From assembly GCA_903859075.1 (NCBI GenBank), contig CAIOLF010000024.1:5048-69047 (forward strand): 64,000 nucleotides of DNA. The letters are read 5' to 3'. This stretch comes from Candidatus Buchananbacteria bacterium. GTDB lineage: Bacteria; Patescibacteriota; Patescibacteriia; 2-01-FULL-39-33. The number at the start of each line of letters is the position of its first letter. Positions within the stretch are counted from its first letter, which is position 1. This document shows, one piece after another, positions 9,492-20,639 of this stretch. The position numbers were made by a program, and so were the translations under genes. The notes under the pieces are model-generated. The model saw nothing but the letters and a program-made list of their open reading frames with translations. It did not search any database and was not told the origin of the DNA.

Positions 9492-11339
9492 CTAATGAAC
9501 GCTCGCAACCCCGCTGGCTGCACTGGCGGTCCTGAACTTCTCCAACACGCGCTTGGAACAGAAGCTCCGCAATCCCTCCGCTGGCGGTTTTGCCGGCAGC
9601 ACCTCCAGCATCGTGGCAAATGTCCAGAAAGTCAGCTCCGGACGATTCGGCGCTTGGCGTCCGGCTGTCCTCTCACCGTCAATGATTCGGCCGGCAAGCT
9701 GCTCTGTAAATTTGCCATTGAAACGGTAGAGCGCGCCGATCACTTTCTCATCATCCAGCATCGCTGAAGTGACCTCTCCTTGAATGGAGTAGATCATACT
9801 AGCGGCCTTGACGGCCTGGGGGATACCGCCAAAATGCCTCCCCGCTGCTTCTAACAAGTCGAGGTTCTCACTACCGGACTCGGTCACCAGGCCCGACTCA
9901 AAACAGCTCATCAGATACTTAATGACATCGCTACCGCTTCGCAAGCCAGCCGCTTCGGTTGCGACAGAGGCGATTCCTGCCCGTTCCAGAAACTGCTTCC
10001 AGGAATCAAAGTGGCGAATAGCCGCGAAGAACAGCCATTGCGAGAGGGGACTCTTTTTGGCGTCCTGCGCCGTCAAGCTAATCCCTCGCGCCTCCAGGTC
10101 TTTGGCCGCTTGGATTAACCGCTGCAAGCTATGGCTAAGGAACTTACTGATCTGATCGGCGGGTAGTCCCGCTTCTTGCAGTACTTTGCCCCAATCGCCG
10201 AACTCACGCATGGCACGCATATAGATTACATGCGATTGCTCGTCGCCATACTGCGTCATCCCGGCGGGACTCAAGTCCCAACCCCGCCGATCTAGGGCCC
10301 TAATCTTCTTTAGCACTTTCGCGATGGATACCAACTTGCTGGCGAGATAAACCTCACGCGGATTAAGGCCGGACTTTAGCAATGCTTCATTCCACCTGCC
10401 GGGAAATAACCGATAACCGGCATGGTACAGATCGCTGTGCTTCGTGGAGATGTAACCGGAATTAACGGGCTCGCCGCTTTCATGGAGCCGAACGATCCAG
10501 TCAATAACTCTCTCCGGAGTCCAATAACCTTTTTTTCTCTGGCAGAGTCCAAAGTAATCCACGCCAATTAGCTCAACCGGCTCCCTCCAGCCATTGTCAA
10601 ACTTCTTCGTAGCCGCATTATACACATCGCTATGCGATCCTTCCTGGATCGCAGTTGAATTCAGGTCTTGGCCATGAATATGGAGTTCGATAACCTTCAG
10701 CAGAATCTCCTTCTTGTTCATCGGTTTGCCAGTCAAACGGACCTCATCAGGGTCAAATCCCGCATACCTCAACGCGTCGTCATAACAATTATTGAAGTGG
10801 TGCAGGCAGGCCTTATACAATGACGGATCGTCATCCTTAACCGCGGAGACGTTGATCGGTTTATGCGCCTTGTTCCTAGCGATCAGTTCCCGCTTGACTT
10901 TCTCTTTGTCCCAAAGTCTCTGGCGGATGATTTCCTCTACTGGTAGCTTGGCCGCCCGCAGAGCATTATGCCAGAAAAAACGTCCCGAAAATGCATACTT
11001 GGCGCGATCACGAAGCCCGCGATTCGGATTGCCCTTGGCTTGAATGGCACTGCCGCTCAGATCAATCCCGTCGGCATAAGCCTTAGCCAAATCGGCTAAA
11101 AGCTTTTGCTTGCGTTTCTTGCGCCGCGGACCCTCCACTTTTTGCTTGACGATTTCTTGTGACAGGCCAACCTCTTCAAGCATTTCGTTCCAATCAGAGA
11201 AATAATGGCGGCCGGAACGCTCCAGCCAGCGATTTTTTCCTCTGGTAACGCCGCTATAGCGCAAATCATCTCCCCTTTTCCAAGCTTTCCTTATTCCTTC
11301 CAAGATCTCGTCCCTGGAAGGTTTTTTGCCTCTGGGCAT
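9492..11339 (-). CDS. Tandem-repeat protein (homing-endonuclease-associated repeat-like)
   Basis: About 8 copies of LY.AA.R.F..W..AL..AG spaced roughly 65 aa apart. Confidence 0.7.
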   Translation of the reverse strand: MPRGKKPSRDEILEGIRKAWKRGDDLRYSGVTRGKNRWLERSGRHYFSDWNEMLEEVGLSQEIVKQKVEGPRRKKRKQKLLADLAKAYADGIDLSGSAIQAKGNPNRGLRDRAKYAFSGRFFWHNALRAAKLPVEEIIRQRLWDKEKVKRELIARNKAHKPINVSAVKDDDPSLYKACLHHFNNCYDDALRYAGFDPDEVRLTGKPMNKKEILLKVIELHIHGQDLNSTAIQEGSHSDVYNAATKKFDNGWREPVELIGVDYFGLCQRKKGYWTPERVIDWIVRLHESGEPVNSGYISTKHSDLYHAGYRLFPGRWNEALLKSGLNPREVYLASKLVSIAKVLKKIRALDRRGWDLSPAGMTQYGDEQSHVIYMRAMREFGDWGKVLQEAGLPADQISKFLSHSLQRLIQAAKDLEARGISLTAQDAKKSPLSQWLFFAAIRHFDSWKQFLERAGIASVATEAAGLRSGSDVIKYLMSCFESGLVTESGSENLDLLEAAGRHFGGIPQAVKAASMIYSIQGEVTSAMLDDEKVIGALYRFNGKFTEQLAGRIIDGERTAGRQAPNRPELTFWTFATMLEVLPAKPPAEGLRSFCSKRVLEKFRTASAASGVASVH

Positions 11340-11489
11340 AGTTTTATCCTCCTTCCTCGGTTAGAATCCCGGTGTAAATTGGAACATCTGTTGAAATGAA
11401 CTAAACCGCATTATATTATAATTTATGATTTACGTCAATTCTACCGCAGTAGCTATTATTAAATTTATAAAATAAAACTTGCTAGTTAT

Positions 11490-11527
11490 AATAAAACAGC
11501 CCCGCTTATGGCGGGGTTGTTTTTATA
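11490..11527 (-). terminator. rpoD terminator
   Basis: AAAACAGCCCCGC-TTATG-GCGGGGTTGTTTT. Confidence 0.65.
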
Positions 11528-11539
11528 AAGAAGAATACT

Positions 11540-12847
11540 TTAATAATCCCTCAGCTTTTCTGATCCCTTAATTTTTTCAATCTTCTCCAGCGCTTTGGCT
11601 TCAATTTGGCGGATGCGCTCGCGAGTAACATCAAACTCTTTGCCGACTTCTTCCAAGGTATGCGCTACTCCGTCTTTCAAGCCAAATCGCATCTCCAGCA
11701 CCTTTTGCTCGCGCGGCGTCAGCTCGGAAATCACGTTGCGCACGTAGTCGCGCAAAATCTGCAAAGCGGCGGCGCGATCCGGCGTCATGGTCTTTTGATC
11801 TTCAATAAAATCCTCCAAGATGCTGTCCTCGCTGTCATCGCCCACCGGCGTGCCGAGAGAAATTGTTTCTTGCGAAATCTTAATGATATGATTGACCTTT
11901 TCTAATTCCTCACCCATTTCCGCGGCCACTTCTTCCGGCAACGGCTCGCGTCCGAGATCCTGCACTAGGCGACGCTCGACTTGCTGGAACTTATTGATAT
12001 TTTCCACCATATGCACGGGAATGCGGATAGTACGTGATTGATCAGCCAGTGACCGGGTGATGGCTTGGCGGATCCACCAAGTGGCATAAGTGGAAAATTT
12101 ATAACCCTTGCGATAATCGAATTTATCCACGCCGCGGAACAAACCGATATTCCCTTCTTGAATCAGGTCCAAGAGCGACAGATTCTTGCCAGTGAATTTC
12201 TTGGCAATGGATACTACTAAGCGCAAATTGGCTTTGATCAATCTCTGCCGGGCATCATGATCGCCTTTTTCAATCCGCTTGGCCAGAGAAACCTCCTCTT
12301 CAGTATTTAGAAGCGGCACTTTGCCGATTTCGCGCAAATACATCTGAATGGAGTCGGCGCTGATATCGCCCAGTTCAATATTTTCAGAAAGCTTGATGGC
12401 TGAAGTCCTACGCCCGCCAGTTGCCGGCTTTTCCGGCTCCGGCTGTTTCATGAGTAGGCTGGGAGCATCGGTAATTCTGATATTGTTTAAAGTAAATTCA
12501 TCCAGCAGCTCTTCGTATCGTTCTACATATTCTTCCAGTTCCGGGAAAAGCAAAACTAATTCTTTCTCAATGACAAAACTGCGCAATCTCCCCTTCTTGA
12601 TGAGGGATCGAATTGCTTCTTCATTGGGAAGCTGGACCTGCCTGGGTTCAGGCGCGATCTTGGCTAGTTTCCTTTTGGATGCCGCTTTTTTTGTAATCGC
12701 CTTGGCCTTTTTTTGTTTGGCCGGTTTTTTGGACGATTGAGTTTTTTTGGTTTTTTTGGCGGGTAAAGTTTTTTTGCCAGATCTGGCGGCCACTTTGGCC
12801 TTTTTGCTTTTTTCCTTTTTAGTTTTGCCTTTGACTGTCTTCTTCAT
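11540..12847 (-). CDS. rpoD: RNA polymerase primary sigma factor
   Basis: [56 protein letters not shown]. Confidence 0.97.
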   Translation of the reverse strand: MKKTVKGKTKKEKSKKAKVAARSGKKTLPAKKTKKTQSSKKPAKQKKAKAITKKAASKRKLAKIAPEPRQVQLPNEEAIRSLIKKGRLRSFVIEKELVLLFPELEEYVERYEELLDEFTLNNIRITDAPSLLMKQPEPEKPATGGRRTSAIKLSENIELGDISADSIQMYLREIGKVPLLNTEEEVSLAKRIEKGDHDARQRLIKANLRLVVSIAKKFTGKNLSLLDLIQEGNIGLFRGVDKFDYRKGYKFSTYATWWIRQAITRSLADQSRTIRIPVHMVENINKFQQVERRLVQDLGREPLPEEVAAEMGEELEKVNHIIKISQETISLGTPVGDDSEDSILEDFIEDQKTMTPDRAAALQILRDYVRNVISELTPREQKVLEMRFGLKDGVAHTLEEVGKEFDVTRERIRQIEAKALEKIEKIKGSEKLRDY

Positions 12848-12876
12848 TTAACTAAAAAGCACTACATTTAATTTAA

Positions 12877-14703
12877 TTAAGTTAATTTATTTTTTTGACT
12901 GATTAAATCGCTCAGCCGGCCATAAATTTCTTTAATCTTATCAGCATCTTTATTTTTTTCGGCCAGGGCCAGTTCATCTTTAGACTGATTAATCTTCTTA
13001 TTGATAAAAGCCAAGTGCAAGGCGCGTATTAAATTATCCAGCTCCGTCTTAATCTCTCGATCCTCTAGGCTGGGAAACTCCTCTTGCGCCAGCAAGTAGC
13101 TATCTGACCAGTAACTGAGCAAATATGCCTCATTTTCCTGGGTTTTTAACCATTTATCAAATTCTACAAATAAATCAATACCTGAGTTATCCACAGCCGT
13201 AGAATTCAATAGGTCAACGTTGTTATTATAAAATAATACTAACTTTTTGTAAATAGTTCTGGGCAAGTCTTGACTGACCGCCTCGGCCGAAAGATTGTCA
13301 ATAAAATGAGACAAAAATTGAGGTCGGATAATCAGCAAAGAAAGCAAACGCTGAAAAATAGCCGTCTCCCAATCAACTAGGAGCGGCTTTACTTCTGCTT
13401 TAGCGGCCGCTTCCGCCACTTTTCGCACCTTAAGCGGGCGCAGCCGGCCATAGGCCTCACGCAGCAACGGCTCGCTCAGGGAAAGATCCTGGGCCACCCG
13501 CTTAATCCAAAAATCCCTGTCGACCTCGCTGCCAAGACGGGAAATTTTTTCCAGCATGAATTTCACTATGGTCTTGCGGTCGGCGGAGTCGCTCGGATCT
13601 TTGCCGGCCCGCGCTTCATTAAAAAAATATTCCATCGCTTCCTGGGACTCACCAATGGCCCGCACCCAATCATCAGGGTTATTTTTGACGCACTCACCCG
13701 GATCTTTGCCGTATGGCACGCTGATTACCCGGACATTCATCTCTAGCTGCAGCGCCAGATCAATGCTACGCAAGGCGGCTACCTTGCCCGCTTCATCTTG
13801 ATCAAGGGCAATCGCCAGATTCGGGGAATATCTTTTTAGAATTCTAATCTGATTATCGGTCAGCGCCGTCCCGGAAATGGATACGACATTTTTTATTCCC
13901 GCCTGATGCGAAGGAATCACATCCATGTAGCCCTCGACCAGAATAGTCAGATCGGCTTTCTTGATTTCCCGCTTCGCCTGATACAGGCCGTAAAGCACTT
14001 CGCTCTTATTGTAAATTTCCGATTGCGGCGTGTTAATATATTTGGCCGCTTCATCACTGCCGAGCGCCCGGCCGCCAAAGCCGACTATCCGGCCATGATA
14101 ATCCCAAATAGGAAACATCAGCCGATCGCGGAAACGGTCATAATAACCGCCTTGATTTTTGCGCACGATCAACCCGGCGGCGGCAATCTCTTTTTCGCTA
14201 TAACCGCGTCTTAGCAAGAATTGCAGCAGATTATCCCAGCAGTCAATGGCATAACCGATTTTAAAATCATCAACGGTCTCTTCTAACAGTCCGCGGCTGA
14301 CAAGATACTGACGCACCTCGGCGGCGCGCGACGAATCCAGCAATACCTTATGCCAATAATTGGCGGCCAGCTGGCAGAGATCATAGAGACGATTTTTACC
14401 GGTGCTTACCTCTTGCTGATAAGTAGACAAGGTGACTCCCGTGCGCTGGGCCAGTACCTTAAGCGCTTCCGGAAAAGGAATATTTTCAGTCTTCATCAAA
14501 AATTCAAGAGCGTCGCCGCCTTCGCCGCAGCCAAAACAGCGCCAAATCCCCCTCTCTCTGTTGACCATGAAAGAAGGGGTCTTTTCATTATGGAAAGGAC
14601 AATTCGCCTTAAAGTTGGTGCCGGCCGGCGTCAACCTTAAGTATTCTGAAATAAATTCCACAATGTCCAGCTTTGATTTAATCTCATCTATCTCACTGCT
14701 CAT
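12877..14703 (-). CDS. dnaG: DNA primase
   Basis: CPFHNEKTPSF Zn finger, KYINTP, VEGYMDV, DQDEAG. Confidence 0.97.
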   Translation of the reverse strand: MSSEIDEIKSKLDIVEFISEYLRLTPAGTNFKANCPFHNEKTPSFMVNRERGIWRCFGCGEGGDALEFLMKTENIPFPEALKVLAQRTGVTLSTYQQEVSTGKNRLYDLCQLAANYWHKVLLDSSRAAEVRQYLVSRGLLEETVDDFKIGYAIDCWDNLLQFLLRRGYSEKEIAAAGLIVRKNQGGYYDRFRDRLMFPIWDYHGRIVGFGGRALGSDEAAKYINTPQSEIYNKSEVLYGLYQAKREIKKADLTILVEGYMDVIPSHQAGIKNVVSISGTALTDNQIRILKRYSPNLAIALDQDEAGKVAALRSIDLALQLEMNVRVISVPYGKDPGECVKNNPDDWVRAIGESQEAMEYFFNEARAGKDPSDSADRKTIVKFMLEKISRLGSEVDRDFWIKRVAQDLSLSEPLLREAYGRLRPLKVRKVAEAAAKAEVKPLLVDWETAIFQRLLSLLIIRPQFLSHFIDNLSAEAVSQDLPRTIYKKLVLFYNNNVDLLNSTAVDNSGIDLFVEFDKWLKTQENEAYLLSYWSDSYLLAQEEFPSLEDREIKTELDNLIRALHLAFINKKINQSKDELALAEKNKDADKIKEIYGRLSDLISQKNKLT

Positions 14704-14834
14704 AATTAGTTTATTGGCTAAATCTCCTCTATCTTAACACCCTCATGGCGTAAAAGCAACTTCTATTTTGCCGGCCAGTAAATTGCCGTAAAAATAAAAA
14801 ATACCCGGAATTTACTCCGGGTATTTGGTAAATA

Positions 14835-15737
14835 TTACTGCGCAGAAATATTCTGCAATGCTTGCAAGGCCTTGACGGCGTCGCCTGGGCGTCCTAAATA
14901 ATATCTTTTAAGATCTTTCGGATTAACATACCAGGCCTCTTTCTTACCGTCGATCTGAATCAAGATCTTGCCTGAGTTAGCCCTGGCAAAATTTTCATCA
15001 AGGGGCGATTTGCCTGTTCCGACCGGGTTGTATCCGGCCAAAATTTCCATTTTGTCATTGTAGCCGTTGCCGTTAGTGTCGGCTTTAGCCGGGTTAGTGC
15101 CTAAAGCGGCTTCTACCGTATCGGACAAGCCATCCTTGTCAGTATCTGTTCCGTTACCTAAATTATAATCAGCAATTTTTATCTTATAAAAATCCTTGTT
15201 AGAAGTGCCGATACCCAATTGCACTAAGGTATTAAAAACATTGGCATTATCCACGCCCAGATCGTTACGGAACTGCTGGTAACCTTGAAGAGACTGGGCC
15301 TGAGTATTAATGGTCTTCTGATATTCCTCGGTCTTTTGGGTTAGGGCCTTCTGGCCTTCGGTCAGCTGAGTAATCTGATTTTGCGCATCGGAAATCTGGC
15401 CCTGATACTGACTAATCTCGCTCTTGGACTGGGACAATTGCCCTTGACTATCGGAAAGAGTCTTCTTGGTCGTGTCCAGTTCTTGGCGCGCTGTCTCTAA
15501 ATTCTGAGTGACTGCGGCGACTCGCGTCATTAAGGCGGCATTATCAAGATAAATTTTTACCGCGTAAGCGGTCATCCCAATAAAAACAACCGCGATAACT
15601 GCATAGAGCATCCAGCGCTGCCAGCGGCGGAGCTTTACTTCTTTTTTGACTTGAGTCTGATACATCACCGGCGCGCCGCAATTGGGGCAGCTGGTGACAT
15701 TATCCGGAATCTGGCTTTTGCAGTTAAAGCAAACCAT
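14835..15737 (-). CDS. Zn-ribbon / TM / coiled-coil protein with Ca-binding DxDxDG repeats
   Basis: CFNC..CPNCG, TM helix, coiled coil, DTDKDGLSD..GTNP..ADTNGNGYND..E. Confidence 0.75.
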   Translation of the reverse strand: MVCFNCKSQIPDNVTSCPNCGAPVMYQTQVKKEVKLRRWQRWMLYAVIAVVFIGMTAYAVKIYLDNAALMTRVAAVTQNLETARQELDTTKKTLSDSQGQLSQSKSEISQYQGQISDAQNQITQLTEGQKALTQKTEEYQKTINTQAQSLQGYQQFRNDLGVDNANVFNTLVQLGIGTSNKDFYKIKIADYNLGNGTDTDKDGLSDTVEAALGTNPAKADTNGNGYNDKMEILAGYNPVGTGKSPLDENFARANSGKILIQIDGKKEAWYVNPKDLKRYYLGRPGDAVKALQALQNISAQ

Positions 15738-15833
15738 ATCTTTTTGTTTAATTTAAAACAAGATTTTTACCTTATTTTTATTATAACATAAATTATAAAA
15801 TGACGCTAATACTTAATCAATTAAGGGGATAAG

Positions 15834-16505
15834 TTACCGCCGCGCTTTTCTCTTTGATAACTCCCTGATAACATCGCTGGCAATCCAGCGGGCTGATGGC
15901 GTATCCAACTTTTTTATTTCTTCCGCCAGCTTGATCGTTTTCAGGCGCAATTTCTCGCTGCGGCATTTGCCGATTTCCCTTAGCGCCCAGCTGATGGCTT
16001 TTTTCACGTAGACACGCTCATCAACGGAATATTTTTTTAGCAACGGAAAATATTTTTCAAAAAAACTATCCGGCAACTTTTTATTTTTTACTGCCAGCGC
16101 GGCCAAAAGGACTATCCCTGCCCGGCGCACGAATTCACGCTTATCCTTGCTCCACTTATTTATCTTTATTTCCGGCTTAGCTATCCGCCACAATAGATTG
16201 CCGCAAAGCTGATCATTAGTATCCCATGATTTCAGTTCGCTCACCCACTTATCCAATTGTGCCGCTGTCAGATTATCCGCCTCTGCGATAATTGTCGCCA
16301 AAATCCTCGCTTCATGGATTTTGCTGTCCCAAAGCTGAAGCGCCAATTCAGTATTTTTGCCAATCTGCTTGCCCATGCATCTTATGACCGGGATATTCAC
16401 CCCATATACTTTATCATTGGGCCTAATGCCGAATCGCTTCATTCCTTCGATGTTGCGAGGATTCTTTAATTTTTTAAATCTGGCAATAATTTCATTGTAA
16501 GTCAT
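15834..16505 (-). CDS. DNA alkylation repair protein (AlkD family)
   Basis: LWDSKIHEAR, SWDTND, EFVRRAG, VKKAISWALREIGK; start taken at MTYNE. Confidence 0.85.
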   Translation of the reverse strand: MTYNEIIARFKKLKNPRNIEGMKRFGIRPNDKVYGVNIPVIRCMGKQIGKNTELALQLWDSKIHEARILATIIAEADNLTAAQLDKWVSELKSWDTNDQLCGNLLWRIAKPEIKINKWSKDKREFVRRAGIVLLAALAVKNKKLPDSFFEKYFPLLKKYSVDERVYVKKAISWALREIGKCRSEKLRLKTIKLAEEIKKLDTPSARWIASDVIRELSKRKARR

Positions 16506-16635
16506 AAGAAGTGAGCAACTAAAATAATAACGAGATATGCTTTTATTATAGGCTATGGTACTTTTTTGGTCAAAACGACGCAGATGAAACATTGGACAAA
16601 TTATTTTTTTTATAGTAAAATATTTAGGTAAATTT

Positions 16636-16722
16636 GGAGAGTTCGCATAGTGGTCGAGTGCGCTCGCTTGGAAAGCGAGTAGGGTGTCAAAGCCCTCGGG
16701 AGTTCGAATCTCCCACTCTCCG
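16636..16722 (+). tRNA. tRNA-Ser(GGA)
   Basis: GGAGAG/CTCTCC acceptor stem, CTCGC-TTGGAAA-GCGAG anticodon arm, long variable arm, GTTCGAATC T-loop. Confidence 0.95.
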
Positions 16723-16775
16723 CAAACAAAAGACGCCCCTCTCGGGACGTCTTTTATATCAGATTCAAACTTATA

Positions 16776-17387
16776 CTATTTAATCACCGCGTCAATCGCC
16801 GCCTTAAGCTCTGCCGCTTCAGCATTCAAGTCTTTCTGCGATTCATGGCCATTACCGACGCGGAAATATTTGCAGCCGATAACAAAGGTCGGGATAGACC
16901 CGGCCGGATTAAATTCTTTATAAACCGCTTGAGCCGCGGCTGGTACGCTGGTTTCCTTTGCGCTTGTCAAAGTATTGTCATTTGTATCTAACTCCCAATG
17001 ATAAGCCACGATCTTGCCGGCTTTGACGTACTGCGAAACAACAGAATCAAAAGTATCTTTTACCCATTGACAATGCGGGCACCAAGTAGTTGAAAAAAGA
17101 TAAACCACCGGCTTGCCGCCCTCTTTACATATCTGGGCGTTTTTCTTTTCAAAAAATGTCTCTACTCCTGGAGCCGTCGGGGAAATCGCTTCCGGACCGC
17201 TGGCCGGTTGATTCTGCGCCTGCTGGTTTTGCTGATTGTTGGACAAATTATTGCTACCGCCTCGATTACCAGTAACCAGTACAATGGCCAGAACTATTAC
17301 GCCGATAACGGCGATAACGGCGATGCCGGCAAAAAGCCCCAACAAAAACTGCTGGTTGCCGCCCGTCGTCTTTTTGTCATCTTCCAT
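16776..17387 (-). CDS. Membrane-anchored thioredoxin-fold protein
   Basis: N-terminal TM, WCPHC motif, cis-Pro IPTFV. Confidence 0.85.
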   Translation of the reverse strand: MEDDKKTTGGNQQFLLGLFAGIAVIAVIGVIVLAIVLVTGNRGGSNNLSNNQQNQQAQNQPASGPEAISPTAPGVETFFEKKNAQICKEGGKPVVYLFSTTWCPHCQWVKDTFDSVVSQYVKAGKIVAYHWELDTNDNTLTSAKETSVPAAAQAVYKEFNPAGSIPTFVIGCKYFRVGNGHESQKDLNAEAAELKAAIDAVIK

Positions 17388-17497
17388 AAAATGTTTATAA
17401 TTATTATTGATCGATACTAATATGCGAATTCATACTAATGATACGAATTGAATTTATTAGTATAATTAGTATCCATTCGCATATTAGTATCGTTTAT

Positions 17498-18955
17498 TTA
17501 TTTTAGCACAGGTTTTTGTTTATGCCAACCAGTAGCCAGTTGATATTGATGCCCCACGCGCAAAACCGTCTTCTCATCAAACCGCTTGCCTAGCAGCTGA
17601 ATGCCCACCGGCAGATTATTAGAAAAACCGGCCGGCACTACTAAACCGCAAATTCCCGCCAGTGATGCCGGGGTGGTAAAGACGTCTTCCAGATACATTT
17701 TCAATGGATCATTGATATTTTCTCCCAACTTAAAAGGCGGCGTTGGGGCTACTGGCGTCAAAATCACGTCAACTTTCTCAAAAGCATTTTCAAAATCACG
17801 CTTAACTAGGGTGCGCGTCTGCATGGCCTTTTTATAATAAGCGTCATAATAGCCGGCGGAGAGCGCGTAAGTACCAATCATTACCCTGCGCTTGACTTCC
17901 TTGCCGAGTCCCTCGGCCCGGCTGTCAAGATAAATATCCAATAAATCTTTCCCCCGCTTGGAGAGGCCATATTTAATGCCGTCATATCTAGCCATATTAG
18001 AACTAACCTCGGAGGGCACAATAATATAATAAGTGGCGATGGCCAATTCGCTATGAGGCAAACTAATGTCCACTATCTCCGCTCCCAGCTCTTCAAATTT
18101 TTTGGCAGCTTCCAGTACTACTTGGCGCACGCCTTCATCCATGCCTTCAATAAAATATTCCTTGGGCAAACCGATTTTTAAGCCTTTGATGTCTTTTTTT
18201 ATTTCCTCACTATAATTATCTACTTCAATATCCGGGGTGGTTGAGTCCTTAACATCCCGACCAGCCAGATATTTTAAAATCAGGGCAATATCTTCAACGT
18301 TTTTGCCAAAGGGCCCGATGGTATCAAGCGACGAGGTCATGGCCATGACGCCATAGCGCGAGACCCGGCCGTAGGAAACTTTCAGTCCGGAAATACTGCA
18401 ATATGAAGCCGGCTGCCTGATAGATCCGCCCGTATCCGTTCCTAAGGAATAAATACACATATCAGCGGCAATGGCCGCGGCCGAACCGCCGGAAGAACCA
18501 CCCGGCACCCGCTCCAAATCCCAGGGATTATGAGTCGGGAAAAATCCTGAATTCTCGGTGGAGCCGCCCATAGCAAATTCATCACAATTCGTCTTGCCCA
18601 AAATTACCGCGTCATTATCTTTTAAAATCTTAACCGCTGTAGCATCAAAGGGCGGGACATAGTTTTCCAAAATTTTTGAAGCGCCGGTAGTTCGCAGTCC
18701 GGCGGTACAGAATAAATCTTTGACAGCGACCGGAATGCCGGCGAGCGGCGAAACACCCTCGTCATTTTTTAATTTTTGGTCTACTGCTTTGGCCTGGGCT
18801 AATGCTCCGGCTTTGTCTAAGGTGATAAAAGCTTTTACTTGGTCATCAAATTTGTTGATATTATCAAAGCAAGCGCGGGTCAATTCCTCGCTGGAAAATT
18901 TCTTTTCGCGCAAGCCGGTAAATGATTCTAGCAGTGTCAGTTTATTTAATTCCAT
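17498..18955 (-). CDS. gatA: Asp/Glu-tRNA amidotransferase subunit A
   Basis: GKTNCDEFAMG, GGSSGGSAAA, GTDTGGSIRQP amidase signature; SSNMARYDG. Confidence 0.97.
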   Translation of the reverse strand: MELNKLTLLESFTGLREKKFSSEELTRACFDNINKFDDQVKAFITLDKAGALAQAKAVDQKLKNDEGVSPLAGIPVAVKDLFCTAGLRTTGASKILENYVPPFDATAVKILKDNDAVILGKTNCDEFAMGGSTENSGFFPTHNPWDLERVPGGSSGGSAAAIAADMCIYSLGTDTGGSIRQPASYCSISGLKVSYGRVSRYGVMAMTSSLDTIGPFGKNVEDIALILKYLAGRDVKDSTTPDIEVDNYSEEIKKDIKGLKIGLPKEYFIEGMDEGVRQVVLEAAKKFEELGAEIVDISLPHSELAIATYYIIVPSEVSSNMARYDGIKYGLSKRGKDLLDIYLDSRAEGLGKEVKRRVMIGTYALSAGYYDAYYKKAMQTRTLVKRDFENAFEKVDVILTPVAPTPPFKLGENINDPLKMYLEDVFTTPASLAGICGLVVPAGFSNNLPVGIQLLGKRFDEKTVLRVGHQYQLATGWHKQKPVLK

Positions 18956-18957
18956 AA

Positions 18958-19251
18958 TTATTTATTTTCAAACACCTTGGGAATCTTTACAAATCCCAAA
19001 CCTTTGTCCGGCGCGCAATCAACCAATTCTTTTTCAATACCGGATTCAATTACCTCGTCCTCGCGCATAATATTGGTCAGTCCGGTGACTTGGGAAGTCG
19101 GCTCAACAGCGGCAGTATCCACGGAAGATAACTTTTCCATGTAATTCAAAATAGCGGACAATTGTTCGCTATATTTCTCTTTTTCCTCTTCAGTCAGGCG
19201 AAGGCGCGCCAGAGTGGCGATATGTTCTACTTCTTGTTTGGTAAGTTTCAT
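18958..19251 (-). CDS. gatC: Asp/Glu-tRNA amidotransferase subunit C
   Basis: EVEHIATLARL, VEPT, MREDEV, VKIPKV; directly upstream of gatA. Confidence 0.95.
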   Translation of the reverse strand: MKLTKQEVEHIATLARLRLTEEEKEKYSEQLSAILNYMEKLSSVDTAAVEPTSQVTGLTNIMREDEVIESGIEKELVDCAPDKGLGFVKIPKVFENK

Positions 19252-19350
19252 AAGCAAATAAATATTAACATATTGATAAAATTATTTCAAGCAAAAAAAG
19301 CTGCCCTAGATACTAATCTAAAGCAGCTGCTTACTTCATCCTGATTTGCA

Positions 19351-20286
19351 CTAGCTGGGCTTGATCTCCCTGACAACTACCTCCATATTCATCGGGGATA
19401 TCACCTGACAACAAGGCATTGAGCCGTAATATATTCCTGGCGGATCCGGGAAGGTCCTGCCCCTGGCTCCGCAAAGCTGGTACACAGGGATTCCCTTAGG
19501 CCGGCCCAACTTACTGACAAAATCGTCCGGATCCTTAAGGTAGGCCTCGTTGACGATAATCCAATTCGACCCTAGACGACCTCTAAGGGTCAATAGATTA
19601 TCTTCTTTGACCAAGCTGATCAGCACGACCTGACGATCCCGCAATTCCTCCGGCCAAACAAACTCCGGCTTGTTGCGTTCCTGAGGATTAATCATGATGG
19701 CTGTCAAGCCGCCACTTATCTTCAGATATTTGTCGATTCGTTCAATCATCGACCTTGTCGCCAGAAAAATAACCGGCGCGCCATCTAGTCCGTGTCTCTC
19801 CCTTACTTGCTGGGCTGCCAGTACCGCCGCCTGAGCCGCAACAAACGCGTCATCAGCGGAAACTAGTAGCTGTCCCTGGGCGTCTTTTGGGCGATCACCC
19901 CTGAGAGCGGCGCCGATGCCAAAGCCGTAAAGCACCTTTTCCGCTCCGGTAATTTGACGGAGGCGTTCCATCCTATCCAGCAGTTTTCTCCTGTTGGACT
20001 TATTGTCCGAGGTTGACAGCTCGTGAGGAAAGGAAGAGATGACGAATTTGAGCCCCCAGACGCCGCCCTGTTCAAACGGCCCTAGGAAATACGGCCGCCA
20101 CTTCAGATAGCCGAAAAGCCACCGCGGCGCGAACCGCGAAGCGATCTTCTCCGAATTCGGGTAAGTGACGAACACGGCCTTGAGAAACCGCCTCCGCTTA
20201 TTGGCCAGGCCGATCAGCTTGAAGACGATGTCATGATTGACAAGCACATTCAAAATAATAAAGAACAACTGTGTCAGCGCTTGCAT
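19351..20286 (-). CDS. Hypothetical protein
   Basis: 311-aa ORF with GGAGGG SD-like sequence; no recognised family. Confidence 0.6.
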   Translation of the reverse strand: MQALTQLFFIILNVLVNHDIVFKLIGLANKRRRFLKAVFVTYPNSEKIASRFAPRWLFGYLKWRPYFLGPFEQGGVWGLKFVISSFPHELSTSDNKSNRRKLLDRMERLRQITGAEKVLYGFGIGAALRGDRPKDAQGQLLVSADDAFVAAQAAVLAAQQVRERHGLDGAPVIFLATRSMIERIDKYLKISGGLTAIMINPQERNKPEFVWPEELRDRQVVLISLVKEDNLLTLRGRLGSNWIIVNEAYLKDPDDFVSKLGRPKGIPVYQLCGARGRTFPDPPGIYYGSMPCCQVISPMNMEVVVREIKPS

Positions 20287-20424
20287 GGACTTTCCCTCCC
20301 GATTGTTGAACCGCGACTATTAAACACAAATTAATATATAACAAAAAAACAGCTCAGCGTCAATTTTTAGGCAGCTAACTGATAATTAAAAAAGACGGAT
20401 TAGATCCGTCTTTTAAAGTTGTTT

Positions 20425-20586
20425 GTAGCCCCATGGGGAATTCCTCATTGTTTTTGCTTCCGCAAAAACTTCTTCGTCCTGGGCAGAGCCAATGCTCCCA
20501 TTGGTCGCATTGTCTACACTCACCTGCGCTTTGTTTTGGCAAAATCCAAAACAAAGCTTGTTTCGTTTCTGCCCGTTCAATTCCCC
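20425..20586 (-). repeat. Structured element bounded by copies of the tRNA-Glu T-arm/3' end
   Basis: 18-bp direct repeat of the tRNA 3' end (20425-20442 = 20639-20656) and a 12-bp inverted copy (20575-20586), with internal hairpins. Confidence 0.7.
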
Positions 20587-20639
20587 TTAATAAAAACAGA
20601 TAATTAAAAAACATCCATAAATGGATGTTTTTTAATTAG

